From positions 32,001 through 96,000 of the forward strand of contig BTVY01000018.1 in NCBI GenBank assembly GCA_045863335.1: 64,000 nt of DNA. Reading direction: 5' to 3'. The notes beneath the pieces are model-generated. The model did not search any database. It saw only the letters and a list, made by a program, of their open reading frames with translations, and was not told the origin of the DNA. Shown here in pieces: positions 46,293 through 55,773 of this stretch. The first letter of the stretch is position 1; every line of letters starts with the position of its first letter. The DNA comes from Candidatus Hydrogenedentota bacterium. Lineage in GTDB: Bacteria; Hydrogenedentota; Hydrogenedentia; Hydrogenedentales; SLHB01. The translations under genes were made by a program, and so were the position numbers.

Positions 46293-46754
46293 CTACGAAG
46301 CAAAATCCGCCACAGCCGGATGCACCAGATTTTCGAAATCGCGGTAACTCATCCGGATAAGCTCGGTATGGGTTCCCGCGTTGAACGCGATCTGCTCGTC
46401 TTGCGTCAGGTCTTCCTGCACCCAGACGTCCATGCCGTAGAGGTTGCCGAAAGGCGGCATAGCGCCCGTTTCGCAATCGGGAAAGAGCTTCTTCAAGTCT
46501 TCTTCCCGCGCGAGGTCAAGGTGTTTGGCTCCGGTAACTGACCGCAGCTTGTCCACGTCCAGATGATGGTGGGCGGGCAACACGGCCATGCAGACGCGTC
46601 CGTCCACCTTGACGATGACTGTTTTCGCGAACTCCCGTCCCTTGATGTGCGCGACCTGCGCGGTGCGCTGGGCCGTAAACGTCTGGGGGTGCGGAACGCT
46701 GCTGTGGGGTATGGCGTGCTGATCGAGGAAATCTTTAACGATTTGGGTTGCCAT
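46293..46754 (-). CDS. YbaK/EbsC (aminoacyl-tRNA deacylase) family protein
   Basis: AKTVIV, FPDCETGAMPPFG and FNAGTH motifs. Confidence 0.9.
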   Translation of the reverse strand: MATQIVKDFLDQHAIPHSSVPHPQTFTAQRTAQVAHIKGREFAKTVIVKVDGRVCMAVLPAHHHLDVDKLRSVTGAKHLDLAREEDLKKLFPDCETGAMPPFGNLYGMDVWVQEDLTQDEQIAFNAGTHTELIRMSYRDFENLVHPAVADFAS

Positions 46755-46887
46755 GGCTCTGCCTCCCTGGTTAGGGTCTGCGCGTGGCCAATGCTCCCTC
46801 CACGCTTCCATAGTAGATGGAAAACGGAATTCCGTCAACGAAAGAGTGGATTGCGGAGAAAGAAAGGCGTGGGAAAGGAGAATTCTG

Positions 46888-47085
46888 TCAGCGGGCGGAC
46901 CAAAATCGGTTCTTGCTGCCGCCGGGAGCGGCCTTCACGCGAATGGGCGCGGCGCACTTTGGGCAATGCCCCGCATACGCGTCACCCTTTTTGTTGAGGT
47001 AGATGCGCGCGTAGACGCCGCAGCATTCGAAGTGAATGCCAATAAACGGCTTTGGGGTCGGCCTATTTGGCGCGGGCTTTTGCAT
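46888..47085 (-). CDS. Small zinc-ribbon-like protein
   Basis: IGIHFECCGVYARIY and GHCPKC: CC plus CxxC cysteines. Confidence 0.6.
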   Translation of the reverse strand: MQKPAPNRPTPKPFIGIHFECCGVYARIYLNKKGDAYAGHCPKCAAPIRVKAAPGGSKNRFWSAR

Positions 47086-47242
47086 CGGCCTTGTCTTTTG
47101 CGGCGTCCGCAACTTTGGGTTCGACCGCCGGAGCCGCTTTCCGGGCGAGCACCCGCTCTACAATGCTCCACGTCAGCCAGACGAATCCGCCGACAGCAAA
47201 GCCAGCGAGCAACGATCCCGCCAACATGGTCATGAACGACAT
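47063..47242 (-). CDS. 59-aa single-TM small protein (below ORF-track cutoff)
   Basis: MSFMTMLAGSLLAGFAVGGFVWLTWSIVERVLARK...AKARAK*. Its ATG overlaps the upstream TGA (TGATG). Confidence 0.55.
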   Translation of the reverse strand: MSFMTMLAGSLLAGFAVGGFVWLTWSIVERVLARKAAPAVEPKVADAAKDKADAKARAK

Positions 47243-48126
47243 CAGCGCGCATCCTCGTCCAGTTGTTTGGGCACATGCGGTATCAACGGCGGGACGGGCG
47301 ATCGCGATTCTGCGTCGTCGCTGTCGATCGCGCCCGCCTCGCGAATCTGTTCCCGCATCGCTTTCAGCTGCTCCTGCATGGCCTTCAACTGCGCAGCCAG
47401 CGCTTCGTTCGACTCGCGCAATGCCTCATTCGCTTCGCGAATAGCCTCGTGGGCCGCAACGATCTCGTCGCCAGTCGTGGTATCGGTCGGAGGAGCAACC
47501 CGAGGCGACTCGGGAGACTTCGGCATCGTCGGGACCGTTGGCGCCGCCGGAGCGACGACTGGCTTCTCCGCAGCGGGCGACACCGAAGCGGGTTTCTCTT
47601 TTACCTCGAGTGACACGTCGTCGAACCAAGCCGTCCCGGTTCCCTTCAGCACGCAACGGACCACGATGAAGTCCGTCCCTTCCGGCACGTCGGCTTCCAC
47701 GGTGACTTCCGTCCACGGCTGCGAGCCGCTAAGCGAATCGGTGTCGCCGGTACTCTCCTGGAGCAACACTTCCCAAGGGTCTTTTCGGAAGCACTGGATC
47801 CACAGCGCGGCTTCACCCGCTTCCTCGGTCTTGATCCACCCGCTCAGGACCACCGTGTCTTCCGAAAGATCGGCGAGTACGTTCTGGCTCCAGTTGTTGG
47901 CGGGTTCCTCGGCGTAGGGAAGCGCGTTGTGGAGGCGAACGGACCACTGCCCCTCGTGGGCCGCTGCGCCGTCAAGCTCCGCGAGCGAACCTTCCTGCGG
48001 TTCGACGTATACGTGCCATTGTGCAGGTAGGTCGCCCTGCCGCGTTTCAAACCCGGGGTTCTGAAGCAGATCGGCCCCCTGCGCAGAAAGCGCGGCACAG
48101 ACGGCAATGACGGCAAATCGATTCAT
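47242..48126 (-). CDS. Secreted protein with carbohydrate-binding-like domain and coiled coil
   Basis: Signal peptide. LLQNPGFE, LSGWIKT and GTAWFDDVSL (CBM4/9-like). C-terminal heptad repeats. Confidence 0.7.
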   Translation of the reverse strand: MNRFAVIAVCAALSAQGADLLQNPGFETRQGDLPAQWHVYVEPQEGSLAELDGAAAHEGQWSVRLHNALPYAEEPANNWSQNVLADLSEDTVVLSGWIKTEEAGEAALWIQCFRKDPWEVLLQESTGDTDSLSGSQPWTEVTVEADVPEGTDFIVVRCVLKGTGTAWFDDVSLEVKEKPASVSPAAEKPVVAPAAPTVPTMPKSPESPRVAPPTDTTTGDEIVAAHEAIREANEALRESNEALAAQLKAMQEQLKAMREQIREAGAIDSDDAESRSPVPPLIPHVPKQLDEDAR

Positions 48127-48180
48127 GGCCGTAGTCTACAACCACGGGCGCGCCGCAATAAAGCGAATCGAGGACGTGGT

Positions 48181-49254
48181 CTAATTCGTCCGCATGCCCT
48201 GCATGCGCAACTTCAGGTCGCGCGGGCTCGTCGCATTCAGTAGCGCCACTTCCGGTGTGATCTTCTCGTCTTTGTACAACGTGAACAAGGCCTGATCAAA
48301 AGTCTGCATTCCGTACTGCTCGAAGCCTTCTTCGATAAGCTTCGTGATTTCCTTAAAACTCTTGCCCTGCTCGATGTGGTCGCGCACGGTCCGGTTGCCG
48401 ATCAGGATTTCCGCCGCTACGCATCGGCCCTCCCCCGCTTTCAGGGGAAGCAAGCGCTGTGACACGATGGCGCGCAGTACGCTGGCCAGTTGTTTGCGCA
48501 CCTGCAATTGCTGGTGCGGCTCGAAGAAGTCGAGCACGCGGTTCAAGGTCTCGACGGCGTCCACCGTGTGCAGGGTCGAGAGCACGAGATGGCCGGTTTC
48601 GGCGGAGGCAATAGCCGTGCGCACGGTTTCCGCGTCGCGCATTTCGCCGATGAGAATCACGTCCGGGTCCTGGCGCAAGGCCGCGCGCAAGGCGTTTGCA
48701 AAGGACAGCGTGTCGTGTCCGACCTCGCGCTGCGTGATGATGGCCTGCTTGTCGCGGTGAAGAAATTCCAGGGGGTCTTCAATGGTCACCACATGGACGG
48801 GACGTTTCTCGTTAATCTCGTTGATCATGGCCGCGAGGGAAGTTGACTTTCCGCTACCCGTGACGCCGGTGACCAACACGAGGCCGTTCTGGTTCATGCT
48901 CACTTTGCGAAGCACCGGCGGCAGCTTCAGATCGTCGATGGTTTTGATATCCATCGGAATGATACGAAGCACAATGCGGGTGTCGCCATCGTCGCGGCAC
49001 GCGTTCACGCGAAACCGGGCGATATCTTCCAGCATGTACGAGATATCGAGTTCCATGACCTTCTTGAACTTTTCGACATCGGAGGGCTTCGCGATGGAAG
49101 CCAACATCTCCATGACTTGATCTTCCGTCAAGGGGTCGCCCGGCTGCCGGACCAACGCGCCATCGACTCGAAAGATGGGAGGATTGTCGGTCTTGAGGTG
49201 GATATCCGATGCGCGCAGCTCGATGGCCTTATGCATCAAGTCGTGTAAGGTCAT
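48181..49254 (-). CDS. pilT: Type IV pilus retraction ATPase PilT/PilU family
   Basis: ASDIHL, GVTGSGKSTSL, TIEDPLEF, ALRQDPDVILIGEMRD, AETGHLVLSTLHT and GMQTFDQ motifs. Confidence 0.92.
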   Translation of the reverse strand: MTLHDLMHKAIELRASDIHLKTDNPPIFRVDGALVRQPGDPLTEDQVMEMLASIAKPSDVEKFKKVMELDISYMLEDIARFRVNACRDDGDTRIVLRIIPMDIKTIDDLKLPPVLRKVSMNQNGLVLVTGVTGSGKSTSLAAMINEINEKRPVHVVTIEDPLEFLHRDKQAIITQREVGHDTLSFANALRAALRQDPDVILIGEMRDAETVRTAIASAETGHLVLSTLHTVDAVETLNRVLDFFEPHQQLQVRKQLASVLRAIVSQRLLPLKAGEGRCVAAEILIGNRTVRDHIEQGKSFKEITKLIEEGFEQYGMQTFDQALFTLYKDEKITPEVALLNATSPRDLKLRMQGMRTN

Positions 49255-49331
49255 GGCGTTATGTTCCTCCCCTTGCCTTGCGGTCCCGTGTAATCATACC
49301 ACGAAAGCCGGAAATCCGGGGACGAAAGCTC

Positions 49332-50306
49332 TCAGGCCAGCGCAAGATTCGCGTACACGCCGGCGCGAAGGTCGCCGATCATGCCGTGTTCCAGCCGCGA
49401 TGCGCCCGCGGCGGCGATCATGGCGCCGTTATCGAGGCACAATGCGAAAGGCGGCATGCTCACCGGAACATCGAGGTCATTGGCCAAGCGCTCTCGAAGC
49501 AACTTGTTCGCCGCGACCCCGCCGGCCAGGACCAGACGATTGGCGCCGGTCTTCTCGATGGCCAGCTTCGTCTTGATGACGAGCGTATCGACGGCCGCGT
49601 GTTGGAAAGATGCAGCGACATCGGCTACCTGCAACGTCTCCTTCTGGAGCGCATACAGGACGGCGGTCTTGAGTCCGCTGTAGCTGAACTCGAGCGAGTC
49701 GCCCTTTGCCATGCCGCGCGGAAACTCGATGGCATGGGGATCGCCCGTTTCCGCCGCGCGTTGGATGGACGGACCACCCGGATAGGGAAGGTTCAGGAGT
49801 CGCGCGACCTTGTCAAAACACTCGCCTACCGCGTCGTCGCGCGTGGATCCGATGATGTCGTACCGGTGCGGGGCATCGCACCGAATGAGGCAGGTGTGTC
49901 CCCCGCTCACGATTAACGCCAGAAACGGAAACTCGGGCGGGTCGGGGCCGAGGAACGCGGAGAAGATGTGTCCTTCGATGTGATGGACCGGCACCAGCGG
50001 AACGCCCCACGCGTAGGCGAGGGCTTTGCCGAAATTGAGTCCCACCATGAGCGACCCCGACAGACCAGGCCCTTGCGTAACGGCGATGGCGTCGATTGAT
50101 CCGCCCGCAGAGTCAAGAGCGCGCTGCGTGAGTTGCGTGATGCATTCCGTGTGATGCCGTGACGCGATCTCCGGCACGACGCCGCCGAAGGGCGCATGGA
50201 TGGCCACCTGCGACGCGACTTCGTTTGCCAGAATCTCGCGGCCGTTCTGGAGCACGGCGACTCCCGTTTCGTCGCACGAGGTTTCTATGCCAAGTATCCG
50301 GCTCAT
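49332..50306 (-). CDS. tsaD: tRNA threonylcarbamoyladenosine biosynthesis protein TsaD
   Basis: LGIETSCDET, GGVVPEIASR, HHIEGH, SGGHT, DDAVGECFDK, FSYSGLKT and DNGAMIA motifs. Confidence 0.97.
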   Translation of the reverse strand: MSRILGIETSCDETGVAVLQNGREILANEVASQVAIHAPFGGVVPEIASRHHTECITQLTQRALDSAGGSIDAIAVTQGPGLSGSLMVGLNFGKALAYAWGVPLVPVHHIEGHIFSAFLGPDPPEFPFLALIVSGGHTCLIRCDAPHRYDIIGSTRDDAVGECFDKVARLLNLPYPGGPSIQRAAETGDPHAIEFPRGMAKGDSLEFSYSGLKTAVLYALQKETLQVADVAASFQHAAVDTLVIKTKLAIEKTGANRLVLAGGVAANKLLRERLANDLDVPVSMPPFALCLDNGAMIAAAGASRLEHGMIGDLRAGVYANLALA

Positions 50307-51949
50307 TCAATCAACTCCGAAACGTGGACTATCTCGATACCGGCCTTTTCGAATTCAGGAAGCATTTCGCGGAGAACCTCAACGCTCGTTCGGCGGAAAT
50401 GGCAGATGCCGATGGCCGTGCCCTGTTTCTTCGTCAGTTCGATCAATTGGTTGAACCGTTCCCGAATGTACGTTTTGTCCGACTCATGGTCAAGGAACAA
50501 ATCGCGCGACGCCGACGGAATATCCATCTCTTGCGCGATTTCAAAGGCCGTCGACGTCGAAATCGTGCGGCTGTCGATGAAGAACAAATCCAAGGGCTTG
50601 ATGCCTTCCAGGAACGCGCGCATGGATGCTGCATCGGAAGTAAACCGTGACCCGGTATGATTGTTGATCCCCGCGGCTCCCGGCACATCTTCCAGCGCGT
50701 CCTTCGTCAATCGATGGACTTCCTCGGCCGGCATACCGACGGTCAACTGGCCAGGAAACGTGTTATGGTCTGAAGAATTCTCCATGGGCATGTGTAGCAT
50801 GACTTCGAAGCCCAACTCCGTCGCGCGTTGTGCCGTGTCCGTGCTGTGCGGCGCCCACGGCAAGATGGACAACGTCAGCCTCGGATCGAGGGAGAGCACG
50901 CTCTCGCCAATCTCGCCGCCGTACCCGCCGTCGTCCACGATGATCGCCGCGCGAAGCGGTCCCTCCGCGGTTTTGGGCTTTTGCGGCATCGCGGGCGCGG
51001 TCGCGTCGCCGTTCAGGTGTTCCGACTCCAGCGGCAAGCTCTCCGGATCGGGGACCGGCGCCGGCGGCTCCTCGTCACTGGTTTCGGATTCCCCGGCAAG
51101 TGATTCGCCATCCAGAAGCATATCGGAAGGAGCGACGGGCGCATGGAGTGTAATACGAACGCATTCCAACCCCATGTAGAAAACGGTCACCTTCGTTTGG
51201 CCGGTAGTCTCCAACGATTCCACACGGATTTCCACGTCGTCGCGGCTGAGCGCAGTGGTGATACCGCCCGCGACCGTGTCCACATCGTCCTTCGACACAA
51301 CCCAGGCATCGACCGCAACCCGTTCCCAGAGGGTGTCCTCGTTCTCTTGAGGCTCAACGGTTCCCCGTTCGAACCGCTCGACGACCGGCGCCATACCGGT
51401 CAGGGTGTGTACGACTTCCTGCGCCAGACGCCGCGCCGGTTCGGTCAGATTCCTGCGGTCAGGGACTCCGGTGAGTGCGACTGTGGCGAAGTGCTTTCCG
51501 GCCGTAGAAAAACGCAAGACCCTGGTGTCCTCAGGCTGATCCGGCTCATCGAACACGGAGACGTTGCGTTCCGCCATGGTCCGGCGGAGCAGACGTTCCA
51601 TGCCACTGACACTGAGTTCCGGCGGTAAGTCGACCTTGTAGTCGCAGTATGCCCAGCGCGCCGTTTCGTCTCGACGCTCCTCTACTGCGGTTTTTTCTAT
51701 GCGAGCGGCAGGTACTTGGTTGTACGCGAAGAGGCGGTCCAGGTCGGCGATGCGCTCTTCCGTAAGGGGGTGGAAATCAACGGGCCGCGAATCGAGATAG
51801 CCCGCGATAAGCCCGGCGGCGGCAGCGGCGGCCAATCCGGCAAACACCAGCCCGATGAGAATCGCCTTCCACGAGGGCGGCGCGGGTGTGTGCGCGGACC
51901 CCGTGGCGATCTCCGGAGTTTCCGGTGCGCTATCGTTTTCCGGCGCCAT
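50303..51949 (-). CDS. Membrane-anchored divergent polysaccharide deacetylase family protein
   Basis: N-terminal TM. C-terminal AIIVDDGG, MLHMPME, NNHTGS, FFIDSRT, RDLFLD and AIGICH motifs. Confidence 0.85.
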   Translation of the reverse strand: MAPENDSAPETPEIATGSAHTPAPPSWKAILIGLVFAGLAAAAAAGLIAGYLDSRPVDFHPLTEERIADLDRLFAYNQVPAARIEKTAVEERRDETARWAYCDYKVDLPPELSVSGMERLLRRTMAERNVSVFDEPDQPEDTRVLRFSTAGKHFATVALTGVPDRRNLTEPARRLAQEVVHTLTGMAPVVERFERGTVEPQENEDTLWERVAVDAWVVSKDDVDTVAGGITTALSRDDVEIRVESLETTGQTKVTVFYMGLECVRITLHAPVAPSDMLLDGESLAGESETSDEEPPAPVPDPESLPLESEHLNGDATAPAMPQKPKTAEGPLRAAIIVDDGGYGGEIGESVLSLDPRLTLSILPWAPHSTDTAQRATELGFEVMLHMPMENSSDHNTFPGQLTVGMPAEEVHRLTKDALEDVPGAAGINNHTGSRFTSDAASMRAFLEGIKPLDLFFIDSRTISTSTAFEIAQEMDIPSASRDLFLDHESDKTYIRERFNQLIELTKKQGTAIGICHFRRTSVEVLREMLPEFEKAGIEIVHVSELIE

Positions 51950-52752
51950 CAGAAATCCACCCAATCCACCCGATCGATGGTGCGGCCCAGGAAAAGGTCG
52001 CCAAACCGAGCAAAGGATTGCGGCGCATCCGTCACGAGATAAGAGTAGACCGGGGCACCGTCCGCCTCGGCGGCATAATCCATCGCACTGAGAATCTCGG
52101 CCACGACCTCGGCGGTAGCATCCGCGCTGTCGACGATTGCGATGCCGGGACCCGCCACGGCCGCGATGGCTTCCCGGAGGACAGGATAATGGGTACATCC
52201 GAGCAAGAGCGTATCGACGTCCCGGTCCAGGATTTCGCGAAGATACGTTTCCGCGATGGCTCGCGGGACCTCTCCGTCCGACCAGCCTTCTTCAGCGAGC
52301 GGCACGAAAAGGGGGCAGGCTTTGCATGCAACGAAAGTTCCTGGCGCCAACGACTCGATTACGGATTGATACCGGCCGCTGGCAATGGTGCCCGCCGTGC
52401 CGATGACTCCGATCCGGCCCGAGCGTGTTGCATTCACGGCCCGTTGCGCGCCGGGCTCGATCACGCCCAATACGGGCACGGGAAGTTCATCGCGCAACGC
52501 GTCAATGGCGTAGGCCGATGCGGTATTGCAGGCGACCACCAACAACTTGATCTGACGGTCCATCAGAATTCGGGCGCAGCCGCGCGCGTAGCGGACCACT
52601 GTCTCCGCCGACTTCGTCCCGTACGGCACGCGGGCGGTATCGCCCAGGTACACGACGGGCTCGTGCGGGAGGCGATCCATGATGCGACGCAGCACCGTCA
52701 GGCCACCCACACCGGAATCGAATATCCCCAGCGGGGCTCCGGGCTCATGCAT
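51949..52752 (-). CDS. murI: Glutamate racemase
   Basis: FDSGVGGLTV, GDTARVPYG, VACNTAS and LGCTHYP motifs. Confidence 0.96.
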   Translation of the reverse strand: MHEPGAPLGIFDSGVGGLTVLRRIMDRLPHEPVVYLGDTARVPYGTKSAETVVRYARGCARILMDRQIKLLVVACNTASAYAIDALRDELPVPVLGVIEPGAQRAVNATRSGRIGVIGTAGTIASGRYQSVIESLAPGTFVACKACPLFVPLAEEGWSDGEVPRAIAETYLREILDRDVDTLLLGCTHYPVLREAIAAVAGPGIAIVDSADATAEVVAEILSAMDYAAEADGAPVYSYLVTDAPQSFARFGDLFLGRTIDRVDWVDF

Positions 52753-53410
52753 CGTCCGGTTGTCCGCCACCGGCATCTGCAAGCCAATCGGAGTCTGGAT
52801 AAACAGGACCAGCGAGGTTGAGATGAGCGGGATAGAGATTCGTGGGCGGTTGACCGTCGATAAGGAACCGCACGCTTTGCACCACCGCCTTGTCGCTCCC
52901 CTGAAGCGCGGACTGGGTCAACGTGTTGACCACGCTGTATACGAACAGCGCTTCTTCGGAGACGCTCTTGCGGGAGTCCGTCTGGAGCGGGTAGGTGAAA
53001 TCGACAATCAACTCCCCGTTGTCCATTAGCCACATTCCGCGCACTTCCACCGTGCTGGGGATCACGGATTGCAGTGAAGTTACCGGGCCATCCAGAAGAG
53101 CTTCCAACGCGGTCCGGCAATTGTCTACCGTATGGTCGCCGTACGGCAGCCGCCGGGAGTCGCCCGCCAGGTGCCGCGCGTCGGCGCTCGCGAAATACAA
53201 CACGACCTCCCGCGACTCTTTTGCGGATGGTGATTCTGTTACCGGCTTCATCGGTTCGGGCAAGACTTCTGGAAGGGTAAGCGGATTGCGTCCCAATCGA
53301 ATCAACTCACTCGTCAACAGGATGACGGTGAATAGCAAGATCAGGGTTGTCATGGCCCATACGGCCAGAAAGAGCTTGCGCGAAAATGTCGGTTCTCGAT
53401 TCTCTGCCAT
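52745..53410 (-). CDS. GerMN domain-containing membrane protein
   Basis: TM segment. VVLYFA, LEALLDGP, VDF, YSVVNTLT and VRFLIDG motifs. Lies between the amidase and murI. Confidence 0.85.
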   Translation of the reverse strand: MAENREPTFSRKLFLAVWAMTTLILLFTVILLTSELIRLGRNPLTLPEVLPEPMKPVTESPSAKESREVVLYFASADARHLAGDSRRLPYGDHTVDNCRTALEALLDGPVTSLQSVIPSTVEVRGMWLMDNGELIVDFTYPLQTDSRKSVSEEALFVYSVVNTLTQSALQGSDKAVVQSVRFLIDGQPPTNLYPAHLNLAGPVYPDSDWLADAGGGQPDDA

Positions 53411-53419
53411 CGCTTCTTC

Positions 53420-54211
53420 TTACCGGTCCGATGCCAGGAAGGCGCGTATCCCTTCCGCAAGCCCTTCCGCAAGAGTCTGCCGATACGATTCACCCGCCAA
53501 GAGTTCTTCCTCTACGGGATTGGTCACAAACCCCGTCTCAACCAATACGGCCGGCATCGTCAGCCCTTCCAAAACGCGGCACGGCGCTGCATGAATGCCG
53601 CGGACAGTCGAAGCGGTACTTGCATGGATCGACGAGGCAACCTGCTCGGCGAGCCGACGATTCTCGGCCTGGCCGTTCTGTCCAGTACGCGAGGCGATGG
53701 TGCGTCCGGCCGGAGTTGTCATGGTCCCCGACGAGACGAACACGCCGACGCCGTTCGCCGAAACAGCGCTGCTCGCGCCGAGGTGAATGCTCACGAACAC
53801 GTCCGCGTCGCGGTAATTCGCCTCGTTCGCCCGCTGTTCGTGCGTCAGCGCCACGTCTTCCCGTCGCGTGAGAATCACCTCAAACCCGTCGGCGAGAAGA
53901 TCCGCGACGCGGAGCGCGATGTCCAACACGACGTCCTCTTCACGGGTACCGGCCGCACCGGTCTCTCCCGGGTCGCCACCGCCATGCCCCGGGTCAAGCA
54001 CAACTACCGGTTTCGACGCGGGGGATGACCGTGGGACGGATTCTTCCGCTGCGCCGTCGGGGGCGGTAAGTTCTTCGGTCTTTACGCGGCCATTCTCCTC
54101 CGCAGCGGCCGCTGCGCCAGCGGCGGGCACGAGGACCGCAACGACCAACAAGAGAGCTATCGCGACCGTTCCAAGGCTGGGTACGGGCCGATCGCGCCCT
54201 GCAACGGTCAA
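53420..54211 (-). CDS. N-acetylmuramoyl-L-alanine amidase (Amidase_3)
   Basis: VVLDPGHGG.DPG, LTR, FVSIH and PAVLVETGFVTN motifs. Start uncertain. Confidence 0.88.
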   Translation of the reverse strand: MTVAGRDRPVPSLGTVAIALLLVVAVLVPAAGAAAAAEENGRVKTEELTAPDGAAEESVPRSSPASKPVVVLDPGHGGGDPGETGAAGTREEDVVLDIALRVADLLADGFEVILTRREDVALTHEQRANEANYRDADVFVSIHLGASSAVSANGVGVFVSSGTMTTPAGRTIASRTGQNGQAENRRLAEQVASSIHASTASTVRGIHAAPCRVLEGLTMPAVLVETGFVTNPVEEELLAGESYRQTLAEGLAEGIRAFLASDR

Positions 54212-54242
54212 TGTCGAATCCGGGGACTGTAAGCCGGCGCCG

Positions 54243-54404
54243 TCAGCGGCTCTTCTCGAGATTCTTGATTCGCTGCTGAACAAAGATACTCTCTTCCGGG
54301 CGTATGGACGGACCCACCGGTTTGGAAGTGACAATGAAGGTAACAATCAGCACTACGAACAGCACGATCAACACGATCAGGCCGATTCGGTCTCGCTTCG
54401 ACAT
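54243..54404 (-). CDS. Small single-TM protein
   Basis: MSKRDRIGLIVLIVLFVVLIVTFIV..., with a GGGAG RBS upstream. Confidence 0.5.
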   Translation of the reverse strand: MSKRDRIGLIVLIVLFVVLIVTFIVTSKPVGPSIRPEESIFVQQRIKNLEKSR

Positions 54405-54516
54405 AACGAATGGCTCCCACCGGACGGTCCCACGGCACATTGGGCGCGGCGTTGTGGGATGCACGGCGCATTATAGTAAACGCGATCCCGTGCCGCAATA
54501 GACATCCACCCCGCCG

Positions 54517-54954
54517 CTACCGGTGAAATTTCGTGCCTCCCTTTTTGTCCTTCTCAAAATCGAATGTATTGAGCGCGGTGCCGACCTCGAGTTGTTTCTT
54601 CTTCGGCAGCTTGATCTTGCCCTGCTGCTGCGCCAACTCCGCGTTCAGTTTTTGCAGGCATGCTTCGCACAACTTCTTGCTCACACTGATGGCCGGCGCG
54701 CCACAACGCCCGCATTTGACACCCTTATTCGCCGCGGAAGTCTCAATCCGGCCCTGTGCTAGCAAGCGCAACACGCATTCGATCGACACGCCCGTCTCAT
54801 CGGAAAGCTGCTCGGCAGTCGAATTCGGATGTTCGACGAGGGCCTGCCGGATCTTCTCGTAATCGTCCTCTTCGAGATCCTCGCAGTTAGGGCAAATCGA
54901 ACTGCGGACCTTCTCGAACAGTTTCTTGCATCGTTGACAACTTGCTAGCGCCAT
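54517..54954 (-). CDS. YvyF-like zinc-finger/HTH protein
   Basis: CxxC.K.F..ICPNC..EE.DYEKIR..L..HP..T...LS.ETGVS, plus a second CxxC...CxxC pair. Confidence 0.7.
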   Translation of the reverse strand: MALASCQRCKKLFEKVRSSICPNCEDLEEDDYEKIRQALVEHPNSTAEQLSDETGVSIECVLRLLAQGRIETSAANKGVKCGRCGAPAISVSKKLCEACLQKLNAELAQQQGKIKLPKKKQLEVGTALNTFDFEKDKKGGTKFHR

Positions 54955-54958
54955 CTAG

Positions 54959-55639
54959 TTACCCTCCCTCGGGGCCCGGCCAATCAAACGATAACGAACT
55001 CATATCAATGTCCAGGTTTCCCAATACGCCCGCCTTCACGACCAACTGGTCGTCTCGCGACAAATTCACCCCGACCGTCACCGCACGTACCGCCAGCATG
55101 CGCGGACTATCGTCCGCCTGGGCCAGTGGCGCGGTCTGTCGCCGGGGAAACGTGGCGCGAATCCAAACCCGGCGTGCAACGGGGCGATTCAAATCATCCC
55201 GGCCATCGTCGACGCCGAGAACTTCGAAGGTGACCCCGGGTGCAAATATGTACTGATCCTCGACCCCCTCAGGCCGAATTACGTTCCCTTCAATGGACCG
55301 TTCCATTGCCTTTTCGCACAGCGTATCCCATTCCCCGTCAATCGCCTCCTGGCCTGACGACTCAATCGCGACCCGGTGCATCCGATCGGCCATCCAGGCC
55401 GTGGTGCGAATCACTTCCTCACAGAATCCATCCTGAAGGGCTCGCGCGTAGCGCAACGCTGTTGCGACGAAGGGATCTTCGCCGTTTTCTTCCGTGCCTG
55501 CCGGCGAGGTCGTGGCGGAAACGGGTACACTTGCCGCGCTCCCGCCGGCGAGGCGCGCGGTCCCGAACACGAGACCTACGCCGACACTGGCCAAGATCAC
55601 GAACCACGCAACAAGAGTACTGTTTCTTACTTTTTTCAC
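54959..55639 (-). CDS. Hypothetical exported/membrane protein
   Basis: GTG start, N-terminal hydrophobic segment. Ends with the RBS for the downstream gene. Confidence 0.65.
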   Translation of the reverse strand: MKKVRNSTLVAWFVILASVGVGLVFGTARLAGGSAASVPVSATTSPAGTEENGEDPFVATALRYARALQDGFCEEVIRTTAWMADRMHRVAIESSGQEAIDGEWDTLCEKAMERSIEGNVIRPEGVEDQYIFAPGVTFEVLGVDDGRDDLNRPVARRVWIRATFPRRQTAPLAQADDSPRMLAVRAVTVGVNLSRDDQLVVKAGVLGNLDIDMSSLSFDWPGPEGG

Positions 55640-55645
55640 TTCTGT

Positions 55646-55674
55646 ATGGTAACATGCTCCTTCGGCACTGTCAA
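55646..55674 (-). promoter_or_regulatory. Sigma-70 promoter, probably leaderless
   Basis: Minus strand TTGACA, 17 bp spacer, TACCAT, then 6 nt to GTG at 55639. Confidence 0.6.
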
Positions 55675-55773
55675 TTGACAAACCGCGTTCGCTGAATTGT
55701 ACACGATTTTCGTGTACACTGCTGCGGCATTTGCGCGGTCCTCGGTCGGACATAAGGATGGGTCACCGGGGCC

